DNA of 64,000 nucleotides. It comes from Planctomycetota bacterium. GTDB lineage: Bacteria > Planctomycetota > SZUA-567 > H5-PLA8. A program made the position numbers and the translations under genes. Where the stretch lies: NCBI GenBank assembly GCA_038227875.1, contig JBBRPR010000003.1, forward strand, positions 160,001 to 224,000, written 5' to 3'. The notes under the pieces are model-generated. The model was not told where the DNA came from. It did no database searches and saw only the letters and a list, made by a program, of their open reading frames with translations. Of this stretch, positions 42,044 to 52,267 are shown piece after piece (position 1 is the first letter of the stretch; every line of letters starts with the position of its first letter).

Positions 42044-42844
42044 ATGAAGCCCGGCATCACCCAACTCTGCCTGCCCCGCAAGAACTTTCAGGAAGACCTC
42101 CAGCAGGCGAAATCCTGCGGCTACGAAGCGATCGAGCTGGTCTTCTCCGACGACAAAAATCACGCCGGACCGTCGATCGACGCGTCGCCTCAAGAACTAA
42201 AAGACGTCAAGAAAGCCTGCGACGCGGCGGAACTGGAAATCTGTTCGCTCATCGCCACGCGTACCGACTCCGGATCCCTGCTCTCGCCCAAAGAGAGCGA
42301 ACGTGAAAAGCGCAGCGCGGTTTTAAGGCGCGGACTGGAGATCGCCCAGGCGCTGAAGATCGACGGGATGCTCCTCCATCCGGGCATGCTGGAAGCGGCC
42401 GACACCTACGAACGCGCCTGGAACGACTGCCGCGACGCGTTGAAGAAACTCGCCCCTGTCGCCGAAAAAAGCGGCTGCGCCATCGCGATCGAAAACGTCT
42501 GGAACAAATTCCTGCTCTCGCCCCGCGAAGCGCGCCAGTTCATCGATGACGTCGGCTCGCCGTGGATCGGCTTCTACCTCGACACCGCCAATCTGCTCCA
42601 CTACGGCTTCACCGAGATGTGGATCAAGGAACTCCAGCACCGCATCAAAAAAGTTCACGTCAAGGAATACAAACGCCAGGGCGCGCAGTGGCTGCAGCTG
42701 ATGGACGGCGACTGCAACTGGAAAGCGACGATGACCGAACTGCGCGCCATCGGCTTCGATGGCGCCTTGGTCAGCGAAGTCGGCGGCGACGTGGAGAAGC
42801 AGACGGAGACGGTGAACCGGATACGGAAGATTATGGCTCTCTGA
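42044..42844 (+). CDS. Sugar phosphate isomerase/epimerase (xylose-isomerase-like TIM barrel)
   Basis: IENVWNKFLLSP, DTAN, VHVKE and SE metal-ligand pattern; AGGAG RBS. Confidence 0.88.
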   Translation: MKPGITQLCLPRKNFQEDLQQAKSCGYEAIELVFSDDKNHAGPSIDASPQELKDVKKACDAAELEICSLIATRTDSGSLLSPKESEREKRSAVLRRGLEIAQALKIDGMLLHPGMLEAADTYERAWNDCRDALKKLAPVAEKSGCAIAIENVWNKFLLSPREARQFIDDVGSPWIGFYLDTANLLHYGFTEMWIKELQHRIKKVHVKEYKRQGAQWLQLMDGDCNWKATMTELRAIGFDGALVSEVGGDVEKQTETVNRIRKIMAL

Positions 42845-43271
42845 AGAAAGTATCTGTTTTGAATATCAGCGCAATTTTTAAGGAGGTACATTAGCCAACG
42901 GCGAAGCGCCGTTAAATGAAAAATGACCGATGACCCATGACTCATTTCCGTTTATCGCGTCGGCAATACGTCCCTTATTGGACCAATTAGCTTCTCGTTA
43001 GTAAGGTTATAAGCGGTGCAGGTTGCGACAGTTGTGCCGCGGGAATGGCCGATAATATTTTTATTGCACGTAGCGCATTGACCCAGACCAACTTACCGAA
43101 TACGATATGCACAATGTGTTGTTGGCGCACGGCGTTTGCTTTTTACGTTTGCCGACACGGCACCTTGAAGACGCACAAGCAGGTTTTTCCGGTCTTGTGA
43201 ATCGTGGAAGCTGTGTAGGATCAGCGGCTTACGTTTTAAGCTATCCGCAACGCGGACGGGACGGTGATGTG

Positions 43272-44891
43272 ATGGCTGCAATGGACGGCGACGAAACAAA
43301 GAAGGCGGCGCAGAGCGCCGTGGAGTCGGGGCTCTCTCCGGCGGTGCCGGGGGAACTGGCACCCGTGAACGCCGATGCGGAAGCCGAGGCGAAAGCCAAA
43401 GCGCGCAGCGGACGCTCGTCGTCGCTGCCGGCCAGCCTGCGCGTCTCCCCTCAGTTGAACGCCCTCTGCCAGCGCGCCGCCACCGGTGCCTCCGAAGACA
43501 TCAAGCGCCTGGCGCAGTGGTCGGCCCTGGTCGAACACGAAGCGGAAATCCTGCGCAAACGCCTGCGCAAGCAGCAGCACGATTTCGCGACACTTTTTGA
43601 AATCGTCGGCCAAACCTCGGCTCGAGCCCTGGACGTGGCGGCGATGCAGACTTATCTCCTCCGCACCGTCTCCGGACATTTCGCCACGCCGCGGTTGCTG
43701 ATCGTACGGAGGCTCCTGGCCGAAGACCGAGCGCTGACCTGTTCAGCGGCTCAGGGGGTGCGCGACGCCAAGGTGACGCTGCCCACCGACGGGCTGCTGT
43801 GCCAGTTTGCACTGGAACGCCGCTTCTGTTTCTTCCTCAATGAAGTGCCCAAGGCCGCGCTGGAATCCCCCGACGCCGCGGGCCTGAAAGACCTGGGACT
43901 CGACCTGGTCGTGCCGCTGGTTCAGGACGTCGAAGCGCCCGGCGCGGTGCTGGAAGGATTGCTGCTACTGGGGCCGCGGCTCTCGCGCCAGCCGTTCACC
44001 GAAGAGGACCTGGAGTTTCTGAACATCCTGGCCAAGATGCTGGCCATCTGCCTGCGCAACGAAGCGCTCTACCGCCGTTCGATCATCGACGACCTGACCG
44101 GCGTGGCCTCCCGCGGCCACTTCGAAGCGCAGCTCTCGCAGGAACTCAACCGCATCGCCACCTACGGCCACCGCAGCCTGGGGCTGGTGCTGCTGGACAT
44201 CGATCACTTCAAGAACGTCAACGACACGCACGGTCACCAGAGCGGCGATCGGGTCTTGCAGGAACTTTCGCGGCTGCTGGTGCGCCAGGTCCGCACCGTC
44301 GATCTCGTGGCGCGCTACGGCGGCGAAGAGTTCGCGGTGATCCTGCTGGAAATCGACCGGCCCAAGGTGCTGGAAGTCGCCGGGCGTCTGCGCCAGGCCG
44401 TGGAGGATTTGAAAATCCAGTCGGCTCAAGGGGTGGATTTACAGATTACCGCCAGTTTCGGCCTGGCCTGTTTCCCCGACGACGCGACCGACCGCGGCAT
44501 GCTGATTCAACTGGCCGACGAGGCGCTGTACAAATCCAAGAGCGGCGGGCGTAACCGCGTGACGATGACCGAACCGGGGTCGGGCTTGAACCGCTCCATG
44601 GCCAACCAAGTCCGGCCCATCGCCGTGCCGCTCTCGATGGGGGCGGGCGTCGGAGCTCCCCGGTTGCCGGGAATTCCGGGAGCGGCTCCGGCCGGCACCT
44701 TCGGCGCGCGCTCACGGCCGCAGGCGTCGCCCTCCGGCGGCGACGACATGGCGCGTCTGAAACAGGAACGCGACGCGCTACTGCTGACCTCCGGCCAAGC
44801 GGCCGCTCAGGCGGAGCTGACCATCGTTCCGAGCACGCCCGGTCCGCCGCGCAAGCGCTCGGGATCCGAACGGCGCCGGCGGAAGGGATAG
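43272..44891 (+). CDS. GAF-domain diguanylate cyclase
   Basis: DDLTG, DIDHFKNVNDTHGHQSGD, RxxD I-site (RTVD) and GGEEF. The start is approximate. Confidence 0.92.
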   Translation: MAAMDGDETKKAAQSAVESGLSPAVPGELAPVNADAEAEAKAKARSGRSSSLPASLRVSPQLNALCQRAATGASEDIKRLAQWSALVEHEAEILRKRLRKQQHDFATLFEIVGQTSARALDVAAMQTYLLRTVSGHFATPRLLIVRRLLAEDRALTCSAAQGVRDAKVTLPTDGLLCQFALERRFCFFLNEVPKAALESPDAAGLKDLGLDLVVPLVQDVEAPGAVLEGLLLLGPRLSRQPFTEEDLEFLNILAKMLAICLRNEALYRRSIIDDLTGVASRGHFEAQLSQELNRIATYGHRSLGLVLLDIDHFKNVNDTHGHQSGDRVLQELSRLLVRQVRTVDLVARYGGEEFAVILLEIDRPKVLEVAGRLRQAVEDLKIQSAQGVDLQITASFGLACFPDDATDRGMLIQLADEALYKSKSGGRNRVTMTEPGSGLNRSMANQVRPIAVPLSMGAGVGAPRLPGIPGAAPAGTFGARSRPQASPSGGDDMARLKQERDALLLTSGQAAAQAELTIVPSTPGPPRKRSGSERRRRKG

Positions 44892-45190
44892 AAAAGAGCT
44901 GCAATCGCTTTTGCTTTTGAAGGCTGAGTGTGCAGGCGGTGGCACGAGGACTTCGGCGGTTCACACGTGCGTAGAATTTTGAATGCGTGGCGTTGAAATG
45001 AGTGTTTTTGATTTCTAATTCTTAGACTTTAAATTACTCTAACGTTTGCTGTTAGAACTCGCGGAAGAACAGATTGCGCGTCGCGCGCCACACAGTGCGC
45101 GTGATGGTTGATGATGCTTGAAAAAGTGCAGGCTCGTGAAGCGCCGGTGAAAATCGGCACAGCCTGATCAGGGAGGTCGAAAAAAAGTCC

Positions 45191-47176
45191 GTGGCACTGT
45201 CGCGCCGCAGCACCAAAACGGGACACAAGCCCGCTCCCGCCGCCCCTGCCGCTCCGGCCGCTGATGACAGCGAAGTCGAAGAAGTCTCGTCGGCCGACGA
45301 AATCAGCTCCGAGCCCGAAGAAGTGATGGCCCCGGCTCCTGCGCCCGCTCACGGAAACAATCCCCGCGCAGCTCGAGCCAGTGGTGCGACGGCGCAGCCG
45401 CGGACCACCCCCTCGATGCGCCCGCCCAAACGCAAATCCCCCAGCGGCCGGCGCAAGGAAACTCCCTCTCACGGCGGTGAAGACGGTGGCAGCGAAGGCT
45501 TGACGCGCTCGGCCCGCAGCACCACGCGCGGCGGGGCCGGAAGAGAAGGGGAATCGATCGGAGCTCTGCGGCGGCGCGGCTGGTCGCTGGCGATGAAATT
45601 CTCGATCTTCACCCTGCTGGTCTCCGTCCTGATCACCATGCTCTTTGGCGTCTTCTCGATCCGCGACCTGCGCGCTCACATGCTCGAAGAAATCATCCGT
45701 TCCGGCTACCAGGACGTGCTGGTCCTGAACGCCTTCGGCCAGCACGTGGTCAAGGACATGATCGGCAAACGCGACGCGGAATTTTCCAGCCTCGTCGGCC
45801 GCTACCGCGACCCGGCCAATCCCGAGTACAAAAAGGACCGCGATTACCTGCGCCGCATCCGCGACGGCGACCCGCGCATCCAGGACGTGGCCATCTTCGG
45901 ATCGGCCAGCGCCTCAAACGACCCGGCCTCGCCGATCGTGCGCGCCTCCGACGGCGACGCCACGCCTTCCACGGCCAACAGTTTCACTCACGGGCAGCTG
46001 GTGCAGACCAACTACGCCGACAAGGGTGCCAACGTCTACTGGATCGAATACGGCGGCAAGAGCTGCCTGCTGTTCCGCGTGCCGCTGGAACCCGCTCCGG
46101 GCACCGATTCCGAAAAGATGTATTCGTCTGCCAGCATTGTGCTCTCGGCCAGCGCCATCGATGAAGAGGTGGGCAAGCTGACTAAAAATCTGGTCATGGT
46201 CGGGCTGCTGTTTGTCGGCGCCGGCGTGGGCCTCTCGATGGCGATGGGCTTCCGCATCACCCAGCCGATCAACGGCCTGGTCGAAGACATCAACATCGTC
46301 TCGCAGGGCGACCTGGACCACGAGAGCACCGTGCCCAGCGAAACGCAGGACGAAATCGGACTGCTGGCGATGGCCTTCAACCGCATGACGCGCAACCTGC
46401 GCGAAGCCCGCGAGAAGGAACGCGATTCGGAGCGCATCGCCAGCGAACTGAATACGGCTCAGGCCATTCACGCCAAGCTGATGCCTGAAAAACTGCCCAA
46501 CCTGCCGGGCATCGACATCTCCACCGCCTACCACTGCGCCAAGGAAGTGGGCGGCGACTACTACGATTTCATCCCCGTCGGCGACGCCGAACATCTGGCC
46601 TTCGTGGTGGCCGACGTGGCCGGCAAGGGCATCCCCGGCTCGATGGTGATGGGGCAGATGCGCACGGTCCTGCGCATGATGGCCGTCAACAACATGTCGG
46701 CGATGGATGTGCTTTCCAAGACCAATTTCCACGTCGCGCGCGACATCAAGCGCGGCATGTTCGTCACCGCCATGTACGCGATTTTAAATCTGCGCACCCG
46801 CGACATGACCGTGGCCTCCGCCGGCCACAACCCGATGCTGATCTGGCGCGCCGCCACCAACACGATCGAAAAAGTGCGCCCCAACGGCATCGCTTTAGGG
46901 TTCGACAAGGGTCCCGTCTTCAACCGCACCATCCGCGAACAAAAGGTGAGGTTGCTCCACGGCGACCGCGTGGTGCTCTATACCGACGGCGTGGTCGAAG
47001 CGATGAACGAAGACCGCGACGAATGGGGCGACGAAGCGCTCGACGCCTTTACTCTGAAATACGCCACCGCCCCGTCGAACGAATACGTGCGCTTGCTGGT
47101 CAAAGCGCTGGAAGACCATAAAGGCCGCGCCGAACAGCACGATGATATTACGATCACCACGTTCCGCATCGTGTAA
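45191..47176 (+). CDS. Membrane HAMP + SpoIIE/PP2C phosphatase (RsbU-like)
   Basis: Two TM helices, HAMP motif DEIGLLAMAFNRM, VGGDYYD, DVAGKG, SAGHNP, YTDGVVEA and DDIT. Confidence 0.92.
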   Translation: MALSRRSTKTGHKPAPAAPAAPAADDSEVEEVSSADEISSEPEEVMAPAPAPAHGNNPRAARASGATAQPRTTPSMRPPKRKSPSGRRKETPSHGGEDGGSEGLTRSARSTTRGGAGREGESIGALRRRGWSLAMKFSIFTLLVSVLITMLFGVFSIRDLRAHMLEEIIRSGYQDVLVLNAFGQHVVKDMIGKRDAEFSSLVGRYRDPANPEYKKDRDYLRRIRDGDPRIQDVAIFGSASASNDPASPIVRASDGDATPSTANSFTHGQLVQTNYADKGANVYWIEYGGKSCLLFRVPLEPAPGTDSEKMYSSASIVLSASAIDEEVGKLTKNLVMVGLLFVGAGVGLSMAMGFRITQPINGLVEDINIVSQGDLDHESTVPSETQDEIGLLAMAFNRMTRNLREAREKERDSERIASELNTAQAIHAKLMPEKLPNLPGIDISTAYHCAKEVGGDYYDFIPVGDAEHLAFVVADVAGKGIPGSMVMGQMRTVLRMMAVNNMSAMDVLSKTNFHVARDIKRGMFVTAMYAILNLRTRDMTVASAGHNPMLIWRAATNTIEKVRPNGIALGFDKGPVFNRTIREQKVRLLHGDRVVLYTDGVVEAMNEDRDEWGDEALDAFTLKYATAPSNEYVRLLVKALEDHKGRAEQHDDITITTFRIV

Positions 47177-47191
47177 GCGCGGCGCGCTGGC

Positions 47192-47448
47192 GCGCGAGGG
47201 GTTAGGGGTCAGGGGCCAGGGGTCAGAAGTGAGCGCGGTAGATGGGATGAAGTGCGCGCAGGGCGGTTGAGTGGAATGAACGAGAAGTAAGAGAAGAGAG
47301 AGAAGTGAGAGAAGTAACGGAAAGACGAAGGGGCTAAAGGAGGGGCACGGTCGAGTTGCGTTAGATCCGACGAAGGGCGAAAAACAGTGTTCCGGCGACG
47401 GGCGGTCGAACTTCTGACCCCTGGCCCCTGACCCCTGGCCCCTCGCGC
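47192..47448. repeat. Inverted-repeat element, heptamer GGGTCAG/CTGACCC, with internal GAGAAGNNA 9-mers
   Basis: Arms 47192-47230 and 47410-47448 have 2 mismatches in 39 nt. Four GAGAAG-based 9-mers lie at about 47282-47317. Confidence 0.9.
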
Positions 47449-47475
47449 TTTAGCGCGCCGCACTGGGAATCAGCC

Positions 47476-47952
47476 ATGTCGAAGCTCATTCACCGCGAAC
47501 TGTCCGTACCGGCCAACACCAGTTATCTGGCTCAGGTCCGGCAGGCTGTCACCGAGGTGCTCGGGAAGGACATGTTCACGCCCGTCAAGGCCAACCTCGT
47601 CGCGCTGGCCGTCGACGAAGCCGTCGCCAACATCATGGAACACGCCTACGAACACCTGGAAGCTCATGCGCGCGTGACCAAGGACGTCCAGGTGATCCTC
47701 GATGCCACCCCCGAACGGTTGCTGGTGATTATCCGCGACCACGGCATGGCCTTCGATCCGCGCAAGGCCCCCGACGTCGACATGCGCGAACACGTCAAGA
47801 AGGGCAACACCGGCGGCTTAGGCATTTTCCTGATGCGCCGGATCATGGACGAAATTCACTACACCTACAAGCAGGGCGTTCACAACGAACTGAAGATGGT
47901 GAAGTATGTGGACCGGACGACGGCGGCGACGGTGGCGCCAGTGAAGAAGTGA
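47476..47952 (+). CDS. Anti-sigma factor kinase (RsbW-like HATPase)
   Basis: LAVDEAVANIMEHAY, IRDHGMAFDP and GGLGIFLMRRIMDE. Confidence 0.92.
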   Translation: MSKLIHRELSVPANTSYLAQVRQAVTEVLGKDMFTPVKANLVALAVDEAVANIMEHAYEHLEAHARVTKDVQVILDATPERLLVIIRDHGMAFDPRKAPDVDMREHVKKGNTGGLGIFLMRRIMDEIHYTYKQGVHNELKMVKYVDRTTAATVAPVKK

Positions 47953-47964
47953 AGTTGGGAACGG

Positions 47965-48078
47965 CGGGATTCGGGAATCGGGAATCGTAACAGCGGGAAA
48001 TCGAAAAACGGGGGAAGCGGGAACTGGGATGGGGAATCGTGAAGGCGGGGCGCGGCGAATGCCGATTCCCGAATCCCG
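47965..48078. repeat. Inverted-repeat element, heptamer GGGAATC/GATTCCC
   Basis: CGGGATTCGGGAATCGG (47965-47981) and its exact reverse complement (48062-48078). Confidence 0.8.
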
Positions 48079-48178
48079 ATTACCGCTTTTCGGATTCCAG
48101 TTTTGCGATCTAGAGTTGGACGGTAGGCACCTTTGATGCTACTTAAAGGAATGGAATTTTCGGGAGGAGTCAACGACG

Positions 48179-48532
48179 ATGGCCGTCGACGAATTTAAAA
48201 TCGGAACGCAGTTGCTGCCGGAAAAGGGCGTGGTGATGGTCACCTTGAGCGGCTATCTGGATGCGCACACCTTTGAACGGCTGGAAGAGACGATCGCGGA
48301 CCTCTTTACGCAGAACCGCTACAAGATTGTCGTCGACCTCTCGGAAGTGGAATATATTTCGTCCGCCGGAGCCGGCGTCTTCATCGGAGCTCTCTCGGAA
48401 GCGCACGAACACAAGGGCAACATCGTGCTGATGAACCCCACCGCCAACGTGCGCGAAGTCTTCGACCTGCTGGGATTGACACAGATCTTCCAGGTCGTCG
48501 ACGACAAGGCGACGGCGTTGGGCGTGTTCTGA
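48179..48532 (+). CDS. STAS anti-anti-sigma factor (RsbV-like)
   Basis: LSGYLDAHT, VDLSEVEYISSAG (phospho-Ser motif) and VREVFDLLGL. Confidence 0.93.
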   Translation: MAVDEFKIGTQLLPEKGVVMVTLSGYLDAHTFERLEETIADLFTQNRYKIVVDLSEVEYISSAGAGVFIGALSEAHEHKGNIVLMNPTANVREVFDLLGLTQIFQVVDDKATALGVF

Positions 48533-48573
48533 GCACCCCGCGAATACGACGCGCGGGTTGCAAGAGGCGGTGG

Positions 48574-48769
48574 GAATTCAAAATTCAAAATTATAAATTC
48601 AAAAACGCACGCGGTCCTTAGCGTGTGTTTGAATGAAGTGAGCACCCGACTCCAATAGGGGTCAAAAAAGCCTCAAAAAAAGACCATGGTATTCCCGGCC
48701 CTTCCGGTAAAACGGAAGGCAGTCCAATCCGCGTGCGTTTTTGAATGTTTACTTTTAAATTTTGAATTC
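48574..48769. repeat. Inverted-repeat element, heptamer AAATTCA/TGAATTT
   Basis: Arms 48574-48614 and 48729-48769 share TTCAAAAACGCACGCGG / CCGCGTGCGTTTTTGAA. Confidence 0.85.
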
Positions 48770-48776
48770 ACACCCG

Positions 48777-51071
48777 ATGCCCAACACCGCCGACCTCGAC
48801 CTTGCGCTGACCACCGACACCGGTCCGCTCATCCGCGTGCTGCCTCCGGCGGTGACCTCCCGCATTGCCGCCGGCGAAGTGGTCGAACGCCCCGCTAGCG
48901 TGGTGAAAGAACTGGTCGAAAACGCCCTCGACGCGGGAGCCGCCCGGATCACCGTCGATATCGCCGGCGGCGGCCTGGATCTCGTGCGGGTCAGCGACGA
49001 CGGCCGGGGCATGTCCCCCGCCGACTTGAAATTGTGCGTGCTCGAACACGCCACCTCCAAGATCCGCAGCGCCGACGAACTGCCCCTGCTGACTACGCTG
49101 GGCTTCCGCGGCGAAGCCCTCCCCTCGATCGCGTCGATCGCGCACTTCTCCATCACCACGCGCACGCGCCAGGCCTTAAGCGCCAGCCGCATCGAAATCG
49201 ACGGCGGCGAGCCGGCTCAGCCGGAGGTCAAAGACGCCGCCGGAGCCTACGGCACGACGGTGGAAGCCCGCGACCTGTTTTACAATCTGCCCGCTCGAAA
49301 GAAGTTCCTCAAAGGCCCCGGTTCAGAAGCCGCCGCCTGCACCGACACGCTCCTGAGATTGGCCCTGACCCGCCCCGACGCCGGCTTTACCCTGCTGCAA
49401 GACCGCCGCGAAGTCTTCTCCGTCGCCCCGGTCTCTCCAGTCACTTCCGGCACGCCGGACGCAATCGCCGCCGCCGCGTCAGCGCTTCGACATTCGACAT
49501 TCGACATTCGGCATTACGTGAAGCGCGCCCGCGAACTGCTCGGCCGTTCCAACACCGAACAGTTGTTGGAACTCGATGCGATCGGCACCGCCCGCGAGAT
49601 CCCCGGCGAGAGCGTGGATGAAAAAATCCAGCTCCCGCCTGGCGCCATCGACCTGCCCGAAATTCCCGCCGGCTACCGCGTCTATGGCCTGATCTCGCCC
49701 CCGGCGATCACGCGTCCCAACCGTTCGGCCGTGTACCTGACCGTCAACGGCCGCCCCGTCAAAGACCGCACCCTGACCAGCGCTCTGATGGAAGCCTACC
49801 GCCATCTGCTCCCGCCCAAGCGCTACCCCCTGGCGGTGCTCTTTTTCGAACTCCCCGGCGCCGACGTCGACGCCAACGTTCATCCGACGAAAACCGAAGT
49901 CCGCTTCCGCATCCCCGGCCTGGTCTACGCGCTGCTCCACCACGCCATCCGGCGCGCGTGCGGCAACGAGGGAATCTCTGCCTTCCGGCGCAGTGAATCC
50001 GCCGTGCCGGCTCAGCCGCATGTGCCGCTGGGCGCGCCGCGCGTGGACGAGCGGCAGCAGACGTTTGATCTGTGGCCGCGCGCGGACGACGGACAGAATT
50101 GCGGATTGCGGATTGACGGGCCGGACGTGCTGGCCGCAAAGCCTGCGGTTCAAAATTCGGCCGGTTGCGGATTGCGGATTGCGGATTGCGGATTGGCGGG
50201 GGACGCACCCGGCAAAGTCGCACCGATGTCCGGCGGGGACATGGTTGCTGGGACGGTTGCGACGAGTGGAACTTCTGCTGAGGCGCCTGGAACCGTTCAC
50301 GAAGCAGCGGCGCCGTATTCAGCGCCCGCAACGGCCAAATTCAATCCGCCCTTGCCGTCGCTCAATGCAGCGGCGCGCATTCCCACCGCCGCGCTTACGC
50401 CGTCTAATCCGCAATCCGCAATCCGCAATCCGCAATCACCTCCGCCCAAACCGCCCGCCCCTTTCCGCGTGCTGGGTCAGGCGGGCGGCGCGTACATCGT
50501 CCTGGAAGACGACACCGGCGTGAAGCTGATCGACCAGCATGCGCTCCACGAACGCGTGCTCTTTGAAGTGTTCCTGAAGAAAGCCCACAGCACCGCCCAG
50601 GGCGAAGCTCAAGGGCTGCTCGTCCCTCAGGTTTTCGACCTGACCCCCGTCCAGCTTTCCGTTTTCACTCAGGATGATGCCGCTCAGCAGTTGCTTTCCC
50701 ATCTGGGCTTCAGCGTCGATCTCTTCGGCGACCGCGCCATCGCCGTGCGCGCCGTCCCGGCGCTGTTCCGTTCGGCCAGCAAAGCCGCGCTGGTGTTGGA
50801 TGTGCTCGACGCCTTAAGTGAAACCTCCGACGCCGATCCGTCTTTAACGCGCGCCAAGCACCGCTACAGCTTCCGCGAAAAGGCCGCGTACATGCTGGCC
50901 TGCAAAGGCGCGCTGAAAGCCGGCGAACGCCTGACGATCGAACAGATGACGGCTCTGGTGGAAGATTACCGCCGCTGCGCCGGACCTCATGGGTTCACCT
51001 GCCCGCACGGCAGGCCTGTGGCGCTGGAGCTGGGATGGGACGAGTTGGAGAAGGCGGTGGGCCGGGTGTAA
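48777..51071 (+). CDS. mutL: DNA mismatch repair endonuclease MutL
   Basis: IAAGEVVERPASVVKELVENALDA, HATSK, GFRGEAL, DANVHPTK, DQHALHE, QGLLVP, ACK and CPHGRP. Confidence 0.96.
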   Translation: MPNTADLDLALTTDTGPLIRVLPPAVTSRIAAGEVVERPASVVKELVENALDAGAARITVDIAGGGLDLVRVSDDGRGMSPADLKLCVLEHATSKIRSADELPLLTTLGFRGEALPSIASIAHFSITTRTRQALSASRIEIDGGEPAQPEVKDAAGAYGTTVEARDLFYNLPARKKFLKGPGSEAAACTDTLLRLALTRPDAGFTLLQDRREVFSVAPVSPVTSGTPDAIAAAASALRHSTFDIRHYVKRARELLGRSNTEQLLELDAIGTAREIPGESVDEKIQLPPGAIDLPEIPAGYRVYGLISPPAITRPNRSAVYLTVNGRPVKDRTLTSALMEAYRHLLPPKRYPLAVLFFELPGADVDANVHPTKTEVRFRIPGLVYALLHHAIRRACGNEGISAFRRSESAVPAQPHVPLGAPRVDERQQTFDLWPRADDGQNCGLRIDGPDVLAAKPAVQNSAGCGLRIADCGLAGDAPGKVAPMSGGDMVAGTVATSGTSAEAPGTVHEAAAPYSAPATAKFNPPLPSLNAAARIPTAALTPSNPQSAIRNPQSPPPKPPAPFRVLGQAGGAYIVLEDDTGVKLIDQHALHERVLFEVFLKKAHSTAQGEAQGLLVPQVFDLTPVQLSVFTQDDAAQQLLSHLGFSVDLFGDRAIAVRAVPALFRSASKAALVLDVLDALSETSDADPSLTRAKHRYSFREKAAYMLACKGALKAGERLTIEQMTALVEDYRRCAGPHGFTCPHGRPVALELGWDELEKAVGRV
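50165..50435. repeat. Intragenic inverted-repeat element, heptamer GATTGCG/CGCAATC, inside mutL
   Basis: 50165-50194 and 50406-50435 are perfect 30-nt reverse complements. An extra partial arm lies at 50098-50115. Confidence 0.92.
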
Positions 51072-51204
51072 AGCGCGTTCGGCGGGTTGCTGGCTGATGC
51101 GCTTCTTTCAAAGTGCTCAAGTCTGTCCGGCTAAAAGTCGTCGGTGGTCGGCAACGGCAACGGCAATCACGGTCGGCAGATTCATTTCTTGATCGGCGGC
51201 CACT

Positions 51205-52122
51205 TTGGATACGCCTCCAGACACTTCGCCTGTCAACGCATCACGGTACGGTCTGGCGGAACCGGCGACGTTTGTGCTCATGTCGGTGTTGCTGTGGCCG
51301 CTTCTCGAACAGGACATGTATTGGATCGCACGGGCCATGGCCCAGCCACCGAGCCGCCCCCTAGTGACACCGATGGGCAGCTCCATCATAGCAACCGCGA
51401 GCGTATTGATGTTGGGCTTTCAACTGGCCGTGGCGTACGTCCTCGCGTTCGTTGTCTGTTTCTGTGTGCACCGGGATCATTTCAAGTTAAGCCTGCAACG
51501 CATTCATCTGGCCACGGGGCTGCTGCTGATGTTCACGGCCAGCGTCATCGTCGGCCTGTTAATCGCAGCACAACGCACGGCGATACAATCCCAGGATACG
51601 TTGCGCATCGCAGTGACACTTTGGAATGCCGCGCCGCCGGTGCTGGCGCTGCTGCTAGGCGTGAGCTTCGCCAGCGAGGCGTGGATGGCGCGAAAGCATC
51701 CCCAATCCATCCCGGTTTCTCCTCAAGCGCCACTTTCTGTTCAAACGTCACCCTTCGCTCCAACATGGCTGGCGGGCGTACCCACAACACGCGATCGCAT
51801 CGTGTTTGCGCTGCCACTGATCGTGATAGGTCTCGTCTCTGTGCTCGGTTTCTGGGCTGTGGATACGCTTAATTTTCAAGCGTTGCGCATAGAACTATCA
51901 CTACCGGGAAAGGGGATCTATTACCTCACCCGCCATGCGGAGCGGTTCTATGCGGTCCTGCTTATTGTCAGTGGCGTCTACATCGCATGGATCAGCCGGA
52001 GTCGCCGGCGCATGCTTATTAGCGGAGTACTACTGAGTGCCGTGCTGTTTTTGAGCTTTTTTGCTCTACTACAGACGCTTCTGCTGCCGTTGCATATCCA
52101 GGACCATCTACTCAAGAAATGA
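51205..52122 (+). CDS. Hypothetical multi-pass membrane protein
   Basis: About 7 hydrophobic segments and no recognised family. Confidence 0.55.
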   Translation: MDTPPDTSPVNASRYGLAEPATFVLMSVLLWPLLEQDMYWIARAMAQPPSRPLVTPMGSSIIATASVLMLGFQLAVAYVLAFVVCFCVHRDHFKLSLQRIHLATGLLLMFTASVIVGLLIAAQRTAIQSQDTLRIAVTLWNAAPPVLALLLGVSFASEAWMARKHPQSIPVSPQAPLSVQTSPFAPTWLAGVPTTRDRIVFALPLIVIGLVSVLGFWAVDTLNFQALRIELSLPGKGIYYLTRHAERFYAVLLIVSGVYIAWISRSRRRMLISGVLLSAVLFLSFFALLQTLLLPLHIQDHLLKK

Positions 52123-52267
52123 CGCAGCCGCGTGACGCCACACCCGAACTTTTCCCGTCCGGGGTTGCGGAAGAAATGAGGGTGCGGCGATGCGGCGTAG
52201 CGAATCTTGAATTTAATCTTCAATCCGTTGGCCGTTCTTTGCGTCTTTGCGCGAGATTTAAAACCCG

